A stretch of DNA of 64,000 nucleotides from Thermoplasmata archaeon (lineage in GTDB: Archaea; Thermoplasmatota; Thermoplasmata; Lutacidiplasmatales; UBA184), in the NCBI GenBank assembly GCA_050749465.1, contig JBOGRO010000020.1, positions 47,540 through 111,539 of the forward strand, written 5' to 3'. Below the pieces are notes generated by a model. That model was given only the letters and a program-made list of their open reading frames with translations, was not told the DNA's origin and searched no databases. A program made the translations under genes and the position numbers. Of this stretch, positions 61,040 to 64,000 are shown piece after piece (position 1 is the stretch's first letter; each line of letters begins with the position of its first letter).

Positions 61040-62515
61040 TCAGGTCACCGGGCCCATCCCGCCGAGGGGCGCGCGGGCGCTCGGGGGCTCCGGGTTCCAG
61101 GGTTCGGGCGAGATCCAGAGGCCGACCCCGAGGGGGGGGAGGAGGACGGAGGTCGTTCCCACCGCCAGAGCCCGGGGGCCGGTCGGCGACGACGCGCCGG
61201 GGGTCCAGTTCCATCCCTCGCTCCCGGCCACCATCGGGAACCCGGCGACCGTCAGGTTGACCCGCAGCGCGGTGGTGGTGTTCGTGTTGACGAGAAGGAT
61301 CGAGGAGTTTCCCCCGAGCGCGGACGGGGTGTAGCCGGCGATCGCGAAGAGCCCTTCTGGGCTAGGAAGGGCGTCCGTGCGGTACGTCTCCGCCGGCAGA
61401 TGCGCGAGGAGGGTGGAGTAGAGCGAGAAGGTCGGCGCGGCGCTGCCGCCGGAGTTGAACCAGGAACCGGGGTAGGTCGACTGGAGGGCCCAGAGAGCGG
61501 TCCCCCGCACCCCCTCCTCGAGCGCCTCCGCCAGCTCCGCGGCGACGTACGGCACCGCATCGTACCCCCCGGCGTAGCTGGGGTACGGTGAGCCGGTGAC
61601 GGACCCGAGCTCGTCGACCAAGAGCGGAAGGTCGCAGGTCCGACAGGCAGCGTGGATGGCGGCGAGGTCGGAGGGAACGCGAGCCACGAGGCTCCCCGAG
61701 CCGGTCAGGGTCGTGAAGAAGGCCGCCACCGGCTCCGACGGCAAGACCGAGCCCGCGGGGAAGACGTGGATCGCGACCGCGGAGAGGTTCGGGCCGTTCA
61801 GGGCCACCACCGCGCGGAGCCACTGCGTGTCGGAGCTGCCGCCGGTGCCGACGCCGGGGAGCCCGATCACCGCGGCGCCGGGCTCGACGGCGTGGATCGC
61901 GGCCACGTACTGTTGGACCACTTTCGCATACTCGTCGGGGCTCGGCGAGAGCGCCTGGCTCGAGTTCCACTTCGTCCACGCGACCCCGAAGTGGGTCCAG
62001 ATCCCGGGCTCGTTCCCGACCTCCCAGTACGCGGGCGTGAAGTCGAGCGTCGATTCGGAGTACTCCACGATGCTGGCTGCGTACGACGCGTTGTCGATCT
62101 CCCCGGGGAGCGTCACGATCGCGGCGCAGTGGGTCGCGGTGCACCACGCGGCGAACTCGGCGAACGAGGTCACCGACGGGCTCGCCGCTCCGACGGCGTC
62201 GTAGATCAGCCCCTGGTCGTCGTCGGCGAGGGGATCGAGGAGGTCGGAGAGGTTCCCGCCCGGCCAGCGGACGAGCGAGACCGGGGTCGCGGAGAGCGCC
62301 CCCTCCTGGGCGGCGCCGAGCGCGGAGTCGGCCCGCACGTTGACCCCGAGGAAGTCAGAGGGGACGGGCTGGGAGACGTTCCGGTCGACGACGAGCGTCG
62401 TGTTCACGATCGGCGCCGGAACGGCGGGCGGGGCGGACGGCTGGGTCGCGAGCTCCACCCCGACCGCGAGACCGGCGACGACCAGGAGGATCACAAAGAG
62501 CGCGATCCAGCTCAA
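61040..62515 (-). CDS. Glycoside-hydrolase-like (clan GH-A) paralog with an N-terminal signal anchor
   Basis: 491 aa; TTG start. N-terminal TM WIALFVILLVVAGLAVG. It is collinear with the 58829 gene: WPGGNLSD, WEVGNEPGIW, AIHVFPAG and VDELG. Confidence 0.65.
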   Translation of the reverse strand: MSWIALFVILLVVAGLAVGVELATQPSAPPAVPAPIVNTTLVVDRNVSQPVPSDFLGVNVRADSALGAAQEGALSATPVSLVRWPGGNLSDLLDPLADDDQGLIYDAVGAASPSVTSFAEFAAWCTATHCAAIVTLPGEIDNASYAASIVEYSESTLDFTPAYWEVGNEPGIWTHFGVAWTKWNSSQALSPSPDEYAKVVQQYVAAIHAVEPGAAVIGLPGVGTGGSSDTQWLRAVVALNGPNLSAVAIHVFPAGSVLPSEPVAAFFTTLTGSGSLVARVPSDLAAIHAACRTCDLPLLVDELGSVTGSPYPSYAGGYDAVPYVAAELAEALEEGVRGTALWALQSTYPGSWFNSGGSAAPTFSLYSTLLAHLPAETYRTDALPSPEGLFAIAGYTPSALGGNSSILLVNTNTTTALRVNLTVAGFPMVAGSEGWNWTPGASSPTGPRALAVGTTSVLLPPLGVGLWISPEPWNPEPPSARAPLGGMGPVT

Positions 62516-62653
62516 GGCGCTCGAGCCGGGGCGAGCAGGGGGGGAGGCCGGTCCGGTCTGCGCGGTCGTGGGCGGACCCTCTTTCCCCCGCAGGGCTCCG
62601 TTCGCCCCGGACCCGCGGTGGCCGTCCCGAGTACGGTCTCCGCCTTAAGCGCG

Positions 62654-64000
62654 TCAGGGGGCGAGCGGCCCTTCCAGCTCGAGGAGCTCCCGGACCCGGG
62701 AGACCGCTTCGTCCGCGAGTCGCCGTGCGCTCGAAGGGTCCCGGTTCTCGGCGAAGATCCGGATGACGGGCTCCGTGCCCGACGGACGGAGGAGCAGCCA
62801 ACCGCCGTCCGTATAGATCTTGAAGCCGTCGAGCGTGAGCACGCGGCGCGCGCCGTCGCTCATCGCCTGGGCGACGGTCGCGAGCAGGGGCGCGGCGCGG
62901 TCGGGCGGGCACGGCACCCGCTCCTTGACCAGACCGTACCGGGGGAGGTCGTCCAGCAGCGCGTCGAGCGGCTGGTCGGCCTTCGCGAGGAGTTCGAGCA
63001 ACGCCGCGGCGGTCAGCCCGCCGTCCCGGGCGAGCTGGAAGTGGGGGAAGACGACCCCCCCGTTCTCCTCGCCCCCGATCACCGCGTGGCTCTTCTCGAT
63101 CTCGCCGGTGAGCTTCGGGGAGCCGATCGCGGTGTACCGCACCCGGGTCCCGAGCGGCGTCACGACGTCCTCGACGACCTGAGAGGTGGAGAGCGGGGTC
63201 ACGACGACGCCCGAGGGGGAGGCCCGTGCCGCCGCGCGGGCGAGGAGAGCAAAGCTGCGGTCTCCCGGCACGAACCGGCCACGCCCGTCCACGAACAGCG
63301 TGCGGTCCCCGTCCCCGTCGTGGGCGATCCCGAGGTCGGCCCCGAACTCGGGGACCGCGCGCGCGAGGGCGCTCAGCGTCCGCTCGTTCGGCTCCGAGGG
63401 CCGTCCGGGGAAGCAACCGTCCACGTGCCCGTTCAGGGTGATGACGCGGCAGCCGAGCCGGCGGAGGAGCGTGGGGCTCGTGACGGCGGTCGCGCCGTTC
63501 GCGCAGTCGAGAACGATCGTGAAGTGTTGGCGGGCGACGACCCCCGCGTCGACCTCGCCCAGGACCCCCGTAAGGTATCGCTCGGCCCCGTGGGGGTCCG
63601 GCCGCCGTTCACCGACCCGGTCGAACGGGACCGAGACCTCGACGCCGGCGTCGATCGCCTGCTCGATCTTCCGCTCCGTCCCCGTCGAGACCGAATGGCC
63701 TCGCTCGTCGAGGCACTTGATGCCGTTGTACTCGGGCGGGTTGTGCGACGCGGTGACGACGACCCCGAAGCCCGCGCCGACGCGGGGCACGTTGTACTGC
63801 ACCGCCGGGGTCGGCAAGAGGCCGAGGTCGACCACGTCGCGGCCGGCGAGCAGCAGCGAGGCGGCGATGAGGTCGGAGAACGCCGAGCTCGACGTGCGGC
63901 CGTCCCGGCCGATCGCGACCGTTGCGGTCGGGTCGATGGCGGAGGCGATCGCCTGGGCGATCGTCGTCGCGAACGGCGCAGTGAGCCGGTCCCCGACCAC
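62654..64000 (-). CDS. Phosphohexomutase (phosphoglucosamine/phosphomannomutase family), N-terminus beyond right edge
   Basis: The 448-aa partial ORF runs to the window edge. The active-site loop TASHNPPEYNGIK, the metal loop AHDGDGDR, GEENGG and the C-terminal RPSGTEP are present. Confidence 0.9.
   Translation of the reverse strand: MVGDRLTAPFATTIAQAIASAIDPTATVAIGRDGRTSSSAFSDLIAASLLLAGRDVVDLGLLPTPAVQYNVPRVGAGFGVVVTASHNPPEYNGIKCLDERGHSVSTGTERKIEQAIDAGVEVSVPFDRVGERRPDPHGAERYLTGVLGEVDAGVVARQHFTIVLDCANGATAVTSPTLLRRLGCRVITLNGHVDGCFPGRPSEPNERTLSALARAVPEFGADLGIAHDGDGDRTLFVDGRGRFVPGDRSFALLARAAARASPSGVVVTPLSTSQVVEDVVTPLGTRVRYTAIGSPKLTGEIEKSHAVIGGEENGGVVFPHFQLARDGGLTAAALLELLAKADQPLDALLDDLPRYGLVKERVPCPPDRAAPLLATVAQAMSDGARRVLTLDGFKIYTDGGWLLLRPSGTEPVIRIFAENRDPSSARRLADEAVSRVRELLELEGPLAP

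Noticed and set aside
1-64000. Search for CRISPR arrays, rRNA genes, additional tRNAs, and prophage or defence islands
   Set aside because: No regularly spaced direct repeats, no rRNA-like conserved stretches and no other cloverleaf-forming segment were found by eye. The only mobile-element signal is the IS630-like transposase region. A by-eye scan cannot exclude short or degenerate elements.

Overview
High-GC (roughly 70% by eye) archaeal chromosome segment, densely coding. Archaeal markers: aIF5A, archaeal-type DtdA, ether-lipid genes (GGGPS, DGGGPS, CarS), tRNA-splicing endonuclease, and the aspartate-semialdehyde-dependent shikimate pathway. Surface-protein repeat types hint at a Thermoplasmatota-like lineage, but that is a low-confidence inference. 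About 48 protein genes and one intron-containing tRNA are supported. Main blocks: (1) aIF5A plus a giant all-alpha repeat protein; (2) tRNA-Glu with a T-loop intron, DtdA, an M16 peptidase pair; (3) a plus-strand run DGGGPS-GGGPS-DUF2070-like-M20-CarS-PyrE-EndA, then a ClC channel; (4) a 15-gene, ~15 kb minus-strand supra-operon aroA'-aroB'-aroDE-SK-aroA-aroC-asd-lysC-trpEGDCFBA, joined almost entirely by 4-nt NTGA start/stop overlaps; (5) CADD/PqqC-like protein, CoA-transferase, acyl-CoA dehydrogenase, aceB-aceA; (6) an accessory-looking region with anchored secreted proteins (S53 peptidase, YVTN beta-propeller, phosphoesterase, two GH-like paralogs), an uncharacterised membrane/polyferredoxin gene pair, and an IS630-like transposase translationally coupled to two small genes, one a SWIM zinc finger. 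Most notable observations: a leaderless 23-codon uORF ending Trp-Leu-Trp-stop ahead of the aro/trp supra-operon; two genes (acyl-CoA dehydrogenase, trpA) whose conserved N-termini lie upstream of any ATG/GTG/TTG, one in a CTGA overlap, suggesting CTG or other near-cognate initiation; and TATA-like elements about 23-28 nt upstream of start codons, implying leaderless mRNAs. Many long ORFs in the supplied track are Arg/Ala/Pro/Gly-rich shadow ORFs typical of high-GC DNA and were rejected. No rRNA and no CRISPR array were seen. All calls come from reading the sequence and from remembered family motifs; no database search was run.
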